Positions 24,761 through 39,064 are shown, numbered from the stretch's first letter. The stretch: 64,000 nucleotides of DNA from Lama guanicoe (GCA_013239625.1 MU054338.1:3247371-3311370), one strand, 5' to 3'. The notes: generated by a model not told the origin, from the letters alone. Translations and numbers: made by a program.

Positions 24761-25854
24761 CTCTCTTACTTCACCTTTATCCCCACAGCAGCCTGATATT
24801 TGGCCATGACCCTGATCCACCTCAAGTTCTGGGTTCCTTTGTCCCCTTCCTCCCCGCCCCGCATTGAAAAGGGAGGGGCTCGCATTTGCAGACTGTGTCG
24901 GGCCTGACTGTCCAGGTCCTTCTGACTCTCCCTGTCCCCTGGAGGAGAGGGGCTTGCCTGCAGACACACTCACTAAAGGCCGGCCAGGCGTGGGGTCTTC
25001 CCCAGCCCCCGCAGGGTCCCCATCCAGGCTTTGACACCTTCCTGGGATCTGAAAGTGTGGTGGGCAGGTGTGGGGCCATGTGACCTTGGCCTGTCAGTTG
25101 GCTTTAAGAATCCTCTTCAAGTCGACTCCGAGGTGACTCATTCCTGGGATCTTCACCTCCTCCAGAACAATGATGTCCCCTTCACGCGACTGCTAATATG
25201 CTAGCTGCCCCGCGTTTACATAGTAAAGTCAGTTTACAGTCTTAAGCAAGTTTTGTACCATCTCAAGACTAAGGCCTGAGCAGATCCATGACTCGGTTTT
25301 GTGGCTGGCTGGATGGTTTCTGAGTTCAGTCCCTCCTTTGACTTGGCCTGTGCTCAGAGCAGCTCGTTGCTTTGATAAGGTGTACTGGCTAGTCTGTCAC
25401 TTTTCACTCCTGCTCCCTAAGGGGCTTTTAAAAAAACGGTTTTCCTTTGCTCATGACCTTCCAGTGGCTTCCCAGTATCCTTGGGAAAAGTTGCAGACCC
25501 TTCCCGTGGCCTGGGCCTCCCTGTTTTGTCCTCTGAGGCACTCTCCCCTCCCCCTGCCCTACCTCTCCCTTCTTCTGTTCCTGCTCCTTTCAGTTGAAAC
25601 CATTTTACCTGCCTACTCATCCCCATCTCAGGGCCTTTGCACATGCTGTTCTCTCTGCCAGAATGCCTTCAGGTTCCCTACCCAGTTGTCTGCTTGTCAT
25701 TCAGGTCTTGGCTCAGAGAGGCCATCCCTGAACATGTTGCTAAATTCACCCTTCCATCCACTCTCTCTACCCACCTTGCCTTTTCTTCTGCGTTCTTCAG
25801 TACCAGAAATGTATATTAATCTGTTTATGTATTTTTTGTCTGTCTCATCCACTA

Positions 25855-26176
25855 GGGCAGAAGCTTTTCCTATAAAGGCTTTAGAGAGGAACTGTTTTTG
25901 GCTTCGCACGCCAGAGGGTCTCTGTCCCAGCCACTCTGCTCTGCTGTTGTAATACAGAAGTACAGAAACAAACGAGTGTGCCTGTGTTCCGATAAAACTT
26001 TATTTATGGGCGCAGAAATGTAAATTTCACAAACTGATGAACTATCTTCCTTCTTTTGATTTTTTTTTCCCCACGCAACCATTACAAATCGTCAAAACCA
26101 TTTTGAGCTTGTGGGACATACAAAAACAGGTGGCCGGCTGAATTTGACCTGTGGGCCATAGTTTGGGGACACCCAC
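25855..26176 (+). mobile_element. MER58B-like DNA transposon
   Basis: GTTCCGATAAAACTTTATTTATGG, AAAAACAGGTGGCCGGCTGAATTTGACCTGTGGGCCATAGTTTG. Confidence 0.75.
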
Positions 26177-29059
26177 CCTGGGGTACAAGGTCCCCACTGT
26201 GGGAATGACGCCTGTGTTGGTTGATGCGTGTATCCCAGCACCTGGGGCAGTTCTGCACCCAGTGGTTGTTCACTAAGCATTCACGTGGTGAATGAATAAA
26301 CTTTCATCTTTCCTACCTGAAAGCATGTAGAATCATACTCTTTATTTTAAAAAACAGGTCTTGGGTTGTTTTGAGGAAATTTCAAGTGCAGGGAATAGAA
26401 GAAAATGTTATGATCCCATCCACCAAAACAGTCTGAAAACTGAGAAGAAAAAAGTCAGGGTCAACAGGGGCAGATGCTTCATGGTTGGCGATGCCCAACC
26501 TTTCGTGACTCCCTCTTTGTGTCACACCCCACCAGGCATCAGGAGATTGGGAAGGAGTGTTCTGGGGCCAAAGAGTCTGTTTTGACCCAGCAGAAGCTGA
26601 GGTTTCAAAGGAAGACACTATTTCCTAATCGTTGTGTTTTGTAAGCATCCACCCCATCCTCTTTACCAATACCAGAGCCCCTCAGGAGGGACTGCGTCAC
26701 CCTGGGAGGAGCTTTCTGCATTCACCCAGCCGCTGGCCTGCACGGGAACCTCATGACAGGGTGGCTTCCGTGGGTGTGAGAGTCGAGCTTGCAGGGCGAG
26801 TGGACTGTGGGACGGCCTGTGTGGCGTTGGGGATGCTGCCGGCAGCCTGTCCTTGGCCTCGCTTCCCCGATGTGACTTCTGGGAGGGGAGACTGATGAGT
26901 GGTTTCCGAGTCCAGCAGATCTTTAGCGTCTTAGGTTTGGGTCTGTCCCAGGAACGTTCTGACTTGTCAGGGAAGCATCCTGTTAATTTATGGTCCTGCC
27001 TGCTCCGGCTGATTGAAGTAAACAATCTGGAGAGTGTTACTCAGAGCTTCGTGGCTTTCCAAAGTGACTGTCCTTTTTCTTTCTTTCTTTCTTTTTGGTA
27101 TGTTCCTGTCTTTCTTTGCCTCTCATCTCTCCCTTCCTTCTTCCTTCCTTCCCCATTTTTCGTTTCTCATCCCACCTCCGTGGCTTCTGTGGGCTTGAGG
27201 GCACTGATGATAAGTTTGCATTGCCGCCTTTGCCCCATGGGCGGCCCAGGGCTCTGGCAGTGGTCGTTGGAGCCATGAAGAGCTCTGGACCTCGAGTGTT
27301 TGTTCAGCGGACAAATAATAAGACTCAGAAGGTGAAGCCCCAAGAGCCGTCGCACCCTAGTGGGTCCCTGGGTGCAGAGTAGAACCGTAGCTAATGTCAG
27401 TTTGACCCCAGGTGCCGGCACTAGAGATCACGGTTCCTTTTCTCAGACAAGTCTGCCCGGCCAGCCATGAAGAGGTGACCTGGGGGTGGGCTCGCAGGAC
27501 ATGTCCCAGACCCACTTCTGTCCCATGTTTGTGGTGGGACCCAAGCAATGGCACCTTCTGGGCAGATCGGGCAGAGGTGGGCTGGCTTTGGTGGTTTTGT
27601 GGCTGCTTGCCCCGGTCTTGGGGAAGAGACCACGGAGAGAGATGATTTGTGGAAGATGAGTTGGCAGTGGATTGAGAATTGCGCTTTGTGCACGGATCCT
27701 GGAGGCCTCCTTTGAGCTGGAGCCAGCCCTGAGGCCACCAGCAGGTGCAGTGACAGCCGGCAGCAGGGCCATGCCGGGGGTCCCCTGGACCACAAGTCAG
27801 GTGGAGAGGGGGCTGCGTGCTCAGCTGGAGTGCGGGACCCCGGCTGGGTGGCCGGACTGGCTGCTCTTCCCTGCTCTCTCCTTGAAAACCCCATCCGTTG
27901 GAAAGGTTGGCCTGCGCGGGTGGGCTCCCTGTCTCGGGTCGGGAATTGCATGGATCTGATTCTCTTGGTCACGAGTCTGGAGAGAGCGTCTCCATCTCAC
28001 AGGCGAGTGAAGCCCCTGGGATTTAAAGTCCCGATTTACAGCTTCATTCCAGCTCCTTCCTGCAAGGAAGAGGAGGGAGTCAGTGGAGAAAGCGCATTCT
28101 CTGACACCCTTTTGGGAAAGAAGGCGCCTGGTTTCTCTGCCTCTGGGGCGCAGAGTGTGGAAGCCATAGGGTGGTCCTGGCTGCCTGGGCCTGGCCGAGC
28201 CGAGCCTGTTCTGACCTGGAGGCTAAGGGGCAGAGTCCTCATCGGCAGGTGGGCACGGTCAGCTCCAGGCTGACCAGGGTAGGGAACGTGGGCAGAGTGG
28301 CCTCTGCGGATGCCCAAGCTGTGCCAGCCTGAGGCGAAGATACAAAATCGAAAACCAAGGCAGGCTTTCATGAGGCTCTTAGCCTGGTAGTCAGTGGCTT
28401 GTAGTCGCCGCTGGGCCTGGCTTTACAGCCCTGGTCTGTCGAGCATGTCTGCTGTTACCCAGCTGGGAATGATGGTCACTATGCAGCCTGGGTGTGTGTG
28501 GCCAGGCGCTCAGGGGTCTAGGGAGCCACGTCTCCTGCCCGCGGGGCTCATGGGCCACGGTGGAGCACGGAGCAGGGCTCCTGAGAGCAGCAGGGACGGC
28601 AGAGGCCGGGGGAGCAGAACCACCGAGACAGAGGCAAACCCAGCTTATGTGTGCCCAGGGCTGGGCAGTGCTTGCTGGCTCAGGTGGTGGCCAGAAGGCG
28701 ACAGAACTGTTGTCACGGGTGAGGTGAGCAGCAGGCAGAGGAAGGAGGATATTTAGGGGACACTCGGAGCCCTGGCCTGGGAGACCCACCCGGAGGAGGC
28801 AAGGGAAGCCAGGGGAAGCCCCCACCTGTGTCTTGGGCATCTTTGGGCACCTTCCCCCTGCCACACCTGGCTCCGAGGGGTTAAGGGGAGGGGGCAGCAA
28901 CTCTGCCCTCGAGGAGCGTAGCGTCTGGTCAGCAAGGAAAGACCGGACTTGCTGAAGTTGCGGGGGAGCCACGGGCAGCTGCCTAGTGATTGGCTGTGGT
29001 CAGACCCCGGGTTTCTTAGGGCAGCCCCTCTTAGAACACTCTGTCCTGCCTTTTAAGAG

Positions 29060-29460
29060 TATATTTTTAATTGAAATATTTACACCATAAAATTTATCCT
29101 TTTCAAGGGGACAATTCAGTGGTTTTTAGAACATTTACCGAGTCATGCAACTAGCACCTCTGAAAATTCCAGAACATTTCCATCACCCCAAAAGGAGGCC
29201 CCATAACGTGTTAAACAGTCACTCCCCATCCCCTCGCCTCCTCGGCAACCATGAGTCCACTCTCTGTCTCTGTGGGTTTGCCTGTTTTGGACGTTTTGCA
29301 GGATGGAGTCACACACTGTGTGGCCTTCTGTGTCTGGCTTCCCTCACTGAGCACCGTGCTCTCAGGGTCCATCCCTGAGGTAGCGAGTGTCAGCACACCG
29401 CTCCTCTTCGTGGCTGACTCACAGCCCCATGTGTGGATGGACATGTTGTGTGCCCACTTC
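29060..29460 (-). mobile_element. Old L1 3' end (L1MB-like)
   Basis: CAATTCAGTGGTTTTTAG, TTCCAGAACATTTCCATCACCCCAAAA. Confidence 0.7.
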
Positions 29461-32400
29461 CTGCTGTGGGCTCCTAGTAGTCTCCTCCTTTTCCTGCCCC
29501 TTCTCTTCCCAGGCTGTCTCAGAGTTCCAGAACTCCAGGGCTGCGGCGTGCAGAATGCTCACCCAGCTGGCCCCCGTGGCAGAGGTAGCACAAAAACCCT
29601 TTTTGGGGCTACGTCTTGAGGGCTGGGGGTGGAGGGGTCAGAGTCAGGGATGATCAGCCTGTCGGGCGCACTGCCCTGGCTCAGCTGCAGGAGGTGCTCA
29701 GGCTGCCCTTTAGGTGCGCAGGTTCTGGACGCCAGCGTTCAGTGGTGAGCCTCCCCTCTCCTCTCTCTTCCCCCAGCTGGAGCTGGGCAGGGTCCACGCC
29801 GGGTAGGCGGTGCAGGCCCAGCCTCGCCTAGCGGGTCCCTTGCGGGACCTTCCTGTGCAGGCTCGGGGCTTGTGCGCGTCCGCTCCATGGAGCAGCGTGG
29901 CCCCGGCCCTGCCACTCTGGCTCGTCTGTTTCCATGTGTTCTCCTCCTGGGGGGCAGACTGGGGCCTCCTTGCCCCAGAGTCCACCACGGCCTGGGCCAA
30001 AAGGGGTGTCCTGGTTCCTGCCTGCCTCCCTAATGGGCTGGGCCTGGCCCATCCCGAGCAGGCTCCCGAGAGCTTCACGTGGATTGGGATTAGAGCACAC
30101 GTGCCCCCTTTTCCAAGACCCCCCCGCCCTGCGTGTCCGGCTGGCAGGTTTGAACATGAGCTGCCTCTTGGGCCACTTCCCTTCATAGGTCTGCCTGGCC
30201 CCAGCCCCGATAGTGTTGTGGGTTGTGTCTTAGAAGGCAGCCATGTAGTTCCCCAGACCCCGTGAAGCCCACCAGCCACTGAGCAGAGTCCCGCAGGTAC
30301 GCTGTGGGTCCTGCCCAAGTACCCCTACCCCCTCAGTGGATAAAGAGGTGCTCCCTTGCCCACCAGGGGAGGTGCCATCACCACGGCGCTGTCCGGGGAC
30401 GGTGAACGGGTGGGTGGGGGGTGGCTTCGTAGCAGCGCACAGCTTAGCCGTGCTGCTGGTGTCTTCCTTGTGGGGACAGTGACATATGTAAGAGACTTGC
30501 TGTCCCTCCTGGCAGAAGATATGGGAGACCCGGGGGGTCCCAAATGCCAGGGAGAAGTCTGTGGGAGACACATGTGGACACTAATGAAATGTCACCTGGT
30601 GAGACGTCGGGTTCTGTTCAGCGCCCCATGCTGGGCACCAAAATGAACTTCAGCAGATCCAGGACCTGAATGTGAGACTGAAAGGTCAAACCTGCAGAAG
30701 GAAACAGGTCAAAGTGTAAACTGCCAGCTTTCCTGAGGCAGCGCTACCCATTAAGGATGCAGAGCAAGCCCCGCATGTCCATTAATGTTTTCTAGAAGGT
30801 AAAAAGAAACAGGTGAAGGTAATTTGAATAATATATTTTATTGAACCCAATATTTCCTAAATGTTACCGTTTCAACATGTAACAATTACAAAAACTGTCA
30901 GTGAGATATTTTCCACTTCTATGGTGACATCCTGTGTACATTTCACACCTGGCGCCGGCCCTGGGTGGGGTGAGCTGAGCACTGTGATGGGGTCGGGGGT
31001 GCTGTAAATGGGGGTGCTTGGTGCTCAGGAAGGCTGCCCCCCCCATTCCCACCTGCCTGCCCAGCCCAGGAGAATGTCAGATCTGTTAGCCTCTAGCTGG
31101 GGAGATGAGACAGACCCGCATAAACCATCTGGGGCCACGCTGAGGGCAAGTAAGGAGGACGAGGTCCATCTTGTTGGGATGCAGCTGATGGAGAGCCACT
31201 GGGGGCCCTGGGGAGGCCCCAAGGCTTTTGTGGAGGTGGTGGGAGTTGAGCTGGTAGGTGGCAGGGGAGGAGGCTATGAGTTGGCTCAGACAGGACAGGA
31301 CAGCTGACAGGTCCTGAAGGGCCCTGTGTTTGAGGTGCTGTGGGGAAGTGGGAACAGATTGACGGCTCCACCCGTGAGCTTCTGTGGCTGAGCCAGCCTG
31401 GCCTGCAGGGCTGCCGCTGGCTCAGGGCTGTTGGCTGGAGGGCCAACCCCAGCGGGTTGGGAGGCAGTGACCGTGGCCCTTATCCTTCCTGTGGACCCAT
31501 GTCTGCACGTCTCTCATCTTTAGTAGGAGCTCGGAACCTTGTCCTGGCCATGAGGGCTAATCGATCCTGTGGCTGAACCCAGGGTGGTGCATTTGTGGCA
31601 TGGATGCTGGCCGTCCGGTGGCGCTCTGAACACGGAACTTGAGATGTTTCCGTGAAGGGAGTGGCAGGAACTTGGAGTGCTTCTTTGGCCATAGGAAAGC
31701 CCAGGAGAGACTCGCATACAAACATGGTTTAGAAATAACATCCCACAGCGACAGACGGTCTTAAATGGCCTGAGGGCTCCAGGTGGGCTGGCCGGGGGCT
31801 TGGCCAGTGGAGACTGGTACCCACACACTTGGCCTGTCTGGGTTCAGGTCCCGCCTCTGCTGGGTGTGTGTCCTTATCTCCAAAATGGGGATGACAGCGG
31901 TGGTCTCTGCTTCAAGGATGGGTAAGATTAACTGAGTCAATCCGTGAAGGTCCCTTAGTGAAACAGTCCCCACCCTGGGGCAGCTCTGTCCCCAAGGGAC
32001 ACTGAGCAGTACCTCAGGCGCCTGTGGTGGTCACGACTGGAGGTGCTCCTGGCATCAAGTGGGTGGGGCGGGGGTGCCGCGACTTCTCCCGTGCCCTGCG
32101 GCCGGGGAGAGCTTTCAGAGGTGACAGGGGCAGCCTTCCTCTAGGCTTCTGTCTTTCCTTGACTGTGAAGGAAGGTGTTGCAACAGGAGTTTCTAAAATC
32201 ACTTTCCATTCCCGGATAGCCCACGGTTTTGACGCTGCTGTTCCACATTTGTGCTGGGAAAGAGGTTAAGGAACAATCGAGGTTGTTAGAAGGCACCTTG
32301 TTCTCCTGCTCCTGGAGCCTCTTTATTTTAAAGGGGTGGGTCAGAGGGTTTGGCTAGGGTTTTATGGACCGGGAAGCCGGTGGTGGGGCGTTTCTGGGGA

Positions 32401-33328
32401 CAACTGGACTGGAGGTGGCCAGGCCAGAGCTCAGAGCCCCACGGCCTGTTCCACATGCCTCATCTGGGATCCTCCAGGGACTTGGGGTTTTCTGTGAGCC
32501 ACCTGCCCAAGGACTGTGGTCCTGGGGTGAGCGGTGCCCCAGACCCTCACCAGGGCTCTGGTGGGTCAGTGGAGTTTGCATATCGACTCCAGGTTGGGGA
32601 GAAGGACTGGGTTGGCACCTTTGGTGTGGGACCAGGCACTGCTGCCTTGGTTCCGGCACCTGCTTTCGGCCCAGGTCTCCCTTATTCATTAATTTGGCCT
32701 TTAGCCAAAAGAAAGTCTGAAAACTTTGGATTGACCAAGCCGCAGTGGCTGTTTTCCTAAGAAGCCTCCTAGAGGGATATTCACTGTAAAAATAATTTAT
32801 CTTCCTGGAGTAAAACTCAGCAGTTACTGCAAGGCAAAACCACAACAGCGGAGGCTGCCCGTGGCCCGTGGCGAGGTGCTGACGTGTCTGCGGCAGCGTG
32901 GGGCCTGTGGGGGTCTGTGTCCCCCGGGGTCCAGCGATCGACTTGGGGGTGGTGGGACGTCCTCCTGTCCATGAGAGGCTGATGTGGTAGTTAGGGAGTC
33001 AAGGACCCCATGGGGACTGGCGATGTGGCCCCGTGACTGACAGGCAGCGGTCCTGTCACACAGCTGGGCACCCGGGAGGGTGGGATCTCAGTGTGGTAAG
33101 GATCAGTCAAGGGCGAGGGAGTGCACTGCTAAGTGACTTGTCCCCCATGCCTTGCCCGGGGGAGAGCCTGAACCCCACCCTCCCCTTCGTCTGTCTGTAC
33201 CGTCTGCTGAGAGTGTTCGTCCCCCAGACCCTTGGTTCTGTCTGAGCCTCACCGGGCTCGGGGCACAGCCTGTGATCTTGGATCTAAGTTTTTTAAAATG
33301 TATATTTGTATTTATTTATTTATTTTTT

Positions 33329-33444
33329 GTGGAGATAATTAGGTTTACTTATTTATTTGTTTGTTTTTGACGGAGGTGCTGGGGATTGAACCCAGGACCT
33401 CACACGTGCTGGGCAGGTGCTCCACCACTGAGCTCTACCCTCCC
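33329..33444 (-). mobile_element. tRNA-derived SINE (Vic-1-like)
   Basis: GGGGATTGAACCCAGGACCTC...CCACTGAGCTCTACCCTCCC. Confidence 0.85.
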
Positions 33445-33862
33445 GCTCAGATGCTGTTTTTAACACTGTCACTCTTCAAGGCGGAGCTTGGACAGACCCA
33501 TGCCTCTTGATGGTCTGTGTTGTGAAAACACTTGGGCAGCTCTGGCTGCCCCTCTGGCTGTTGTGTCGGGAAGGACGTCAGATGAGGTGTGCGTTGTCCT
33601 GCCGGTGGACCGTCCTGAAAAATACCTGCACAGTGGGGTGGGGAAGGCACTTGTTAGCGGCCTCCGTTGTACTGGTTCCCTTTGTTTCGTTTTGAAACCT
33701 TTATTTATTAAGGGAATTTGAACACACACACAAAGGTAGACAGAATAGGATAAAGAACCCCATGTACTCATCACCCAGTCCCAAATCATCAACCCAAATG
33801 GCAGTCTGCCCTCCAGTCCATGATGAAATATCCCCCATGTTGTTTTCAAAAACGTTTTGTTT

Positions 33863-34023
33863 GGGGGTGAGGGTAGAGCTCAGTGGTGGAGTGTGTACTT
33901 GGCATGCATGAGGTCCTAGGTTCAATCCCCAGCACCTCCATTAAAATAAATAAATAAATAAATAAACCTAATTAACTCCCCCCCAAAACCCCCACAAAAA
34001 CAAACAAACAAACAAAAAGTTAG
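33863..34023 (+). mobile_element. tRNA-derived SINE (Vic-1-like), full length
   Basis: A and B boxes, (TAAA)n, A-rich tail; TSD CAAAAAC(G/A)TTTTGTTT at 33847-33862 and 34024-34039. Confidence 0.9.
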
Positions 34024-34039
34024 CAAAAACATTTTGTTT

Positions 34040-35980
34040 TTAAGCAATTGCAGACTACTAAGAAGTGGCAAAAATAGTACAGACAGATGCCACGTACTCT
34101 TGCCTCAATGGTGACATTTGACATAACCAGAGTCCACTGTCAAAACTAGGAAACTGACGTTGACACGATACATTACAGGCCTTAACTCACATTTCACTGG
34201 TTTTAGCACACACTCATTTTTTGGTGTGTCTGTGTGACATCCCCTGCATAGATTTGTGTAAGCACCATCACAGTCAGGATACAGAGCTGTCCTGCCAACT
34301 CAAATGAACTCCCTCTTGCTCTGCCTTTAGAGTGCCCCCTACCTCCCCCACCTCAGCCCCAGGCGCCTGCTAATCTGTTCTCATCTCTATAAACTCGTCA
34401 TTTTGAGAGTGTTTAGGGAACCATATATAACCACTTGGGGATTGATTTTTTCACTTTTTGGGATTGGATTTTTTTTTGAAAATATCCATCTGAGCTGTTG
34501 TGTGGATCAACAGTTTATACCTTTTTGTTGCCTTTTGTTTTTAGTACTCTAATTATCTGATATTATTTTCTAATCCTTTTTATTTCTGGAAGGTGGATAG
34601 TAGTAGTTTTGTCCCATCTGACATTCCTGATTTTAGCAATTTGAGTCTTTTCTCTTATTTTCTTGATCATTCTATCTGAAGGTTTGTCAGTCTCTTCAAA
34701 GAGCCAGCTTTGGTTTAGTTGATTTTCTCTATTTTATATTTTTATTTGGTTGATTTGTGCTCTAATCTTTATTATTTCCTTCCTTCTGCTTGCGTTAGGT
34801 TCAGTTTGCTCTTCTCTCTCCAGTGCCTTAAGGTAGAAGTTTAGATTATTGATGTGAGATCTTTCATCTTTTTTGAAATATAAAGGCAGCTATAAATTTT
34901 CCTCTGAGTTCTGCTTTAGCTGCGTTGTTTAAATTTTGGTTTGTTGTATCATCATTTTCATTTACCTCAAAGTATTTTCTAGTTTCATTTGTGATTACTT
35001 CTTAGACCTATTCATTGGTTATTTAGGGATGTGTTGTTTAATTGCTACATATTTGTGAATCCCCAAATGGCTTTCTGTTACTGATTTATAATTTCCATTG
35101 TGGTCAAAGAACCTGCTGTGTATGATATGAATTCTTGTTAATTTAATGAGGCTTGTTTTATAGCCTAATGTATATTCTCTCCTGGAGAATGTTCCATGTG
35201 TGCTGAGAAGAAAGGAAGTTTTTCTGCTGTTGGGTTTCTGTGGATGTCTGTTCGTTTGTAGTGTTGTTCAAGTCTTTTGTTTCTTTGTTGATCTTTTGCC
35301 TTGTTTTATTCATTATTGAAAGTGGGGTATTGCTGTCTCCAACTGTTACTGTTAAATTGTCTGTTTTCTCCTTCATTTCTGTTAGTTTTTTCTTCATGTA
35401 TTTTCAGGTTCTGTTATTAGGTGCCTATATGTTTATGATTGTTACATCTTCCTGATAGAGTGGCCCTTTTATTATTATAAAATGGCTGTGTTTATCTCTG
35501 CTAACACTCAAAGTCTGTTTTGTGTGGCGTTAGTATAACCGCTCCAGTTTTCTGTGGTTGCTGTTTGCGTGCTATATCCTTTTTCATCCATTTACTTTCT
35601 GTCTATTTATATCTGAATCTAAAGAGTGTGGACAACATACAGCACCATCCTGTTTCTCCCTCCAGTCTGAGAATCTCCGTCTTTTGATCAGATTGTTTAA
35701 TCCATTCACATTTAAGTCATTTAAAATTTTGTTTTATTGTTTGCTTTTGGAATCGTCGACATAGTTGGATTTATGTCTGCCATTTTCCCTTTTCTTTTTG
35801 GTGTGATGTCTTTTGCCCCTCTCTTTCTCCTTCACTGCTTTCTTTTGCATTCAGTGACTATTTTCTAGTGTAACATTTTAAATTCCTTTAGTGACTTTTT
35901 CACTGTGTTTTTTGGAGTGTATTCTTAGTGGCTGCTCTAAGTCTTGTCATATACATCTTAACTTATCAGAATCTACTTCT
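34040..35980 (-). mobile_element. Cluster of old L1 fragments (3' end and ORF2)
   Basis: Long T-rich block; minus ORF 'KTDNLTVTVGDSNTPLSIM...RQKINKETKDLNNT' matches the L1 endonuclease GDFNTPLS motif. Confidence 0.8.
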
Positions 35981-35995
35981 GATTCCCAGTATTAT

Positions 35996-36141
35996 CATTA
36001 TTATTATTTTTAGCGGGGAGGTAATTAGGTTCATTTATTTAGTTATTTATTTAATGGACTTACTGGGGATGGAACACAGGACTGGGTGCATGCTAAGTTT
36101 GTTCTCTAACCACTGAGCTCTACCCCCCCTCCCCCGTCCCT
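35996..36141 (-). mobile_element. tRNA-derived SINE (Vic-1-like)
   Basis: Family body; perfect TSD ATTCCCAGTATTAT at 35982-35995 and 36142-36155. Confidence 0.88.
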
Positions 36142-36869
36142 ATTCCCAGTATTATGTAAAACAAGTCTATAATGGTTCCAACTGAACTGTGATTAATCAG
36201 GATTAAACTCACATGATCAATTAAATGGCTTGGGGGGGTTGGGGTTTTCAACAGTGCTGACATGTCTGTCCACCAGAATGGTGCCCTACTTTTGTTCATT
36301 TCTCTTCACATTCGGGAGAATGAACCTCTCAAAGCTCTCTTTGGACCTGTCAGAACCAGATGTATTTGCTAGGCTCTGCCTTCCCAGGGTCAGGCTTAGG
36401 GAGGCCCTGACTCCTGTGTCATCACTCTCCTTGTGGTATTGGCCTCTTTTCTTCCTCCTTGCCCCATCTGAGCTGACTGATTTGTGGCCCTGATCCTGCC
36501 TCAGGATTCCAGATCTGGGTCAGTGTGTCACGCCCACTTGGAGGCAGGACTTTGGGCTTCAAGGAGTGCCCGCTGCCAGGAAGCTTCAGGTTAGCCTCGA
36601 GATACGTCTGCGGAAGGCCAGCCGGACGGTTGGATTGTGACTTGGTTGTTAACTGTGAGTCTTTTGGTGACAGCCTAGGTAGGCAGCCTGAGCGGTGGTG
36701 GTCAGGGTGGCACTGGGCAGAGAACCAGGGGTGACAGTGTGGGCGCCTCTGGTCACCGACAACGTGGGTAGCCACAATACTCTGGATACATTTAGTTGAA
36801 GCTTCAAAGCAGCATAGAAGTTTTGATCAGAACATGGGGGATTTCTTGTGCCTTTGTTTTCTTGCTTGG

Positions 36870-37820
36870 TATTTTTTTTTTAATAGCAGCTTTATTAAGT
36901 ATAGTTCACATGCATACAATTCACCTTTTGCAAGTGTACAGTTCAGGGGTTATTAGGATGTTTACAGGGCTGTGCAGTCATCACCGCCATCGAATCCTAG
37001 AACGTTGTCATCACTCCAGATGGAAACCCCGTACTAGTTAAACAATCACTCCCTGTTTCCCAGCCCCTGACAGCCCTAATTTGTTCTGTCTCTGTGGACT
37101 TGCCTGTTCCGGGTGTTCTATGTAAACAGTGTCACACACTTTGTGACTTTCTGTGTCTGGCCTCTCTCACTGGCCATCGTGTCCTCAGAGGACATGTATG
37201 TCAGCGCCTCGCTTTTTAGGGCTGAGTAATGTTCCACTGTACGGGTGGACCTTGTTTTCTGTTTATCCATTATCTGTCAGTGGAAATTTGGCCTGTTTCC
37301 ACTTTTTTGGCTATTATGAATGATGCCTAAAATGCATAACGTGAGCATTCACATACAGGTTTTTGTGTGGAAACACGTTTCAAGGCTCTTGGGTTGAGTA
37401 GACACCTGGGAGTGGAATTGCTGGGTCAGGTGGAACCCTGTGTTTGACGCTTTAAGAAACTGCCAAATTGTCTTCCAAAGTGGCTGCACTGTGGTACAAT
37501 CCCACCAGCAGTGTATGAGGGTTCTAATTTGGCTGGGAATCTTATTTATTTATTTGTTTGTTCATTCATTCATTCATTCATTCATTCATATATATTGATG
37601 CATAGTCGATTTACAATGTGTGTAGTGTTAATTTCTGGTATACAGTGTAGTGATTTATTTATACATATATATATTTCTTTTCATATTCTTTTTCCTTATA
37701 GGCCTTTACAAGGTATTGAATATAGTTCTCTGTGCTAGACAGTAGCACCTTGTGTTTATCTATTTGATATATGGTAGTGTATATCTGCAAATCCCAAACT
37801 CCCAATGTATCCCCCCAACA
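36870..37820 (-). mobile_element. Old L1 3' end followed by a younger L1 3' fragment (from about 37540)
   Basis: L1 3' motifs; second block resembles 17925-18386. Confidence 0.7.
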
Positions 37821-38513
37821 CCCGGGCTGGGTATTTTAAATTTGACTTAGGTAGAGAGTGGGGACCATATCATTCTGGTGATGGTTTGATTCCAGGATAT
37901 GTTGCCTCTATCCCCAGAGATCAGCTCTTGTCCACCTGGGTGGACCAGCCAGGGAGCGGCTGGAGAGATGGGACCACGGGGTCCCAGGCGCAGCTCCAGG
38001 GGAGGCTCTGAGTCCTCTGTTTTTCTAAAAGTGATACGTAAGTGTTGTCAGTAAAGACAGACGTCCCTAGATCCTGCCACCCAGAGAAAGCCCTTCTTGC
38101 ATCATGGTGGCTGCTGTCAGGTCATTGTCATCTGTCAGGGAGACGTCTTTCTAGTTTGTCGACTGCACGCTCCTTCGTTTGGTGTGGGTGGGTGTGATGT
38201 TCTTGCCTGAGCTCCTCTTAACCAGCACTGAGGGGATTTGAATTTTTCCTCTTTGAACAATGCTGCAGCAAACATCCCGGCTGCTGTTGCCTTGAGGTGG
38301 ACTTCATGAGCGTGATTGCTCAGTTGTCCCCAGACAGGTGGTCTGAATGGACTCTCCTAGGATGGCTGGAGGCTTGCATTATACTGGTGACAGCCCCAGC
38401 TTTTGTCCCTCCTTCTAATCTGTCACGTCCTAGTCGCTGCTTTTTTGAACTGCCAGTTCATAGCCATCACTCACTTGTTAAATTGGGGCATTTATTTTTT
38501 TCTTGACTTATAA

Positions 38514-38731
38514 CAGGATTTCTCCACCCCAGCACCACTGACACCTCTGAACTGGATCCTTCTGGGGTAGGGGGCTGCCCTGCGCACTGTATAGGGTGGA
38601 GCAGTATCCCTGGCCCCCGCCCCCTCGATGCTTGGAGTCCCCTCCCGCCCCCAGTTGTGACAATCACAGATGTCCCCAGACATCGCCAAGTGTCCCCTGG
38701 GGGACAGACTTGCCTCTGGTTGAAAACCAGT
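38514..38731 (-). mobile_element. MER20-like DNA transposon, near full length
   Basis: GTTGTGACAATC...GACATCGCCAAGTGTCCCCTGGGGG...GGTTGAAAACCAG. Confidence 0.8.
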
Positions 38732-39064
38732 GTTTTATAATAACCCTTTCTATATTAGGGCTCTTAGCATCTTTTGTGTTACACATTTTTTCTGTTTCTC
38801 GTTTATCTTTCAGCTTTATTTTTGATGTGTTGTTACATAGAATATTTTAAAGTTTATTGACAAATTTGTCATTTCCTTTGAAGCACCTGGTCTTGTGACC
38901 TGCCCAGAGATGTCTTCCCTTCCTGAAGATTACCAAAACATTGGCCCACTTTTTTTTCCTCTTTGCGCTTTTATGGGTTTTAGGAGGATCTGCAGTCTGA
39001 ACCCACTGGGCTGAGACAGAGATGTGTGTTTTCCATCTGGCTCCTGGCTAGTCTGCATGGGCTG

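Noticed and set aside
27497..27506. p53 response element (perfect half-site GGACATGTCC)
   Set aside because: No adequate second half-site beside it; a single decamer is expected by chance.
33863..33940. tRNA genes at the SINE heads
   Set aside because: A and B boxes are present, but the stems are degenerate and each copy carries a SINE tail, often with a TSD.
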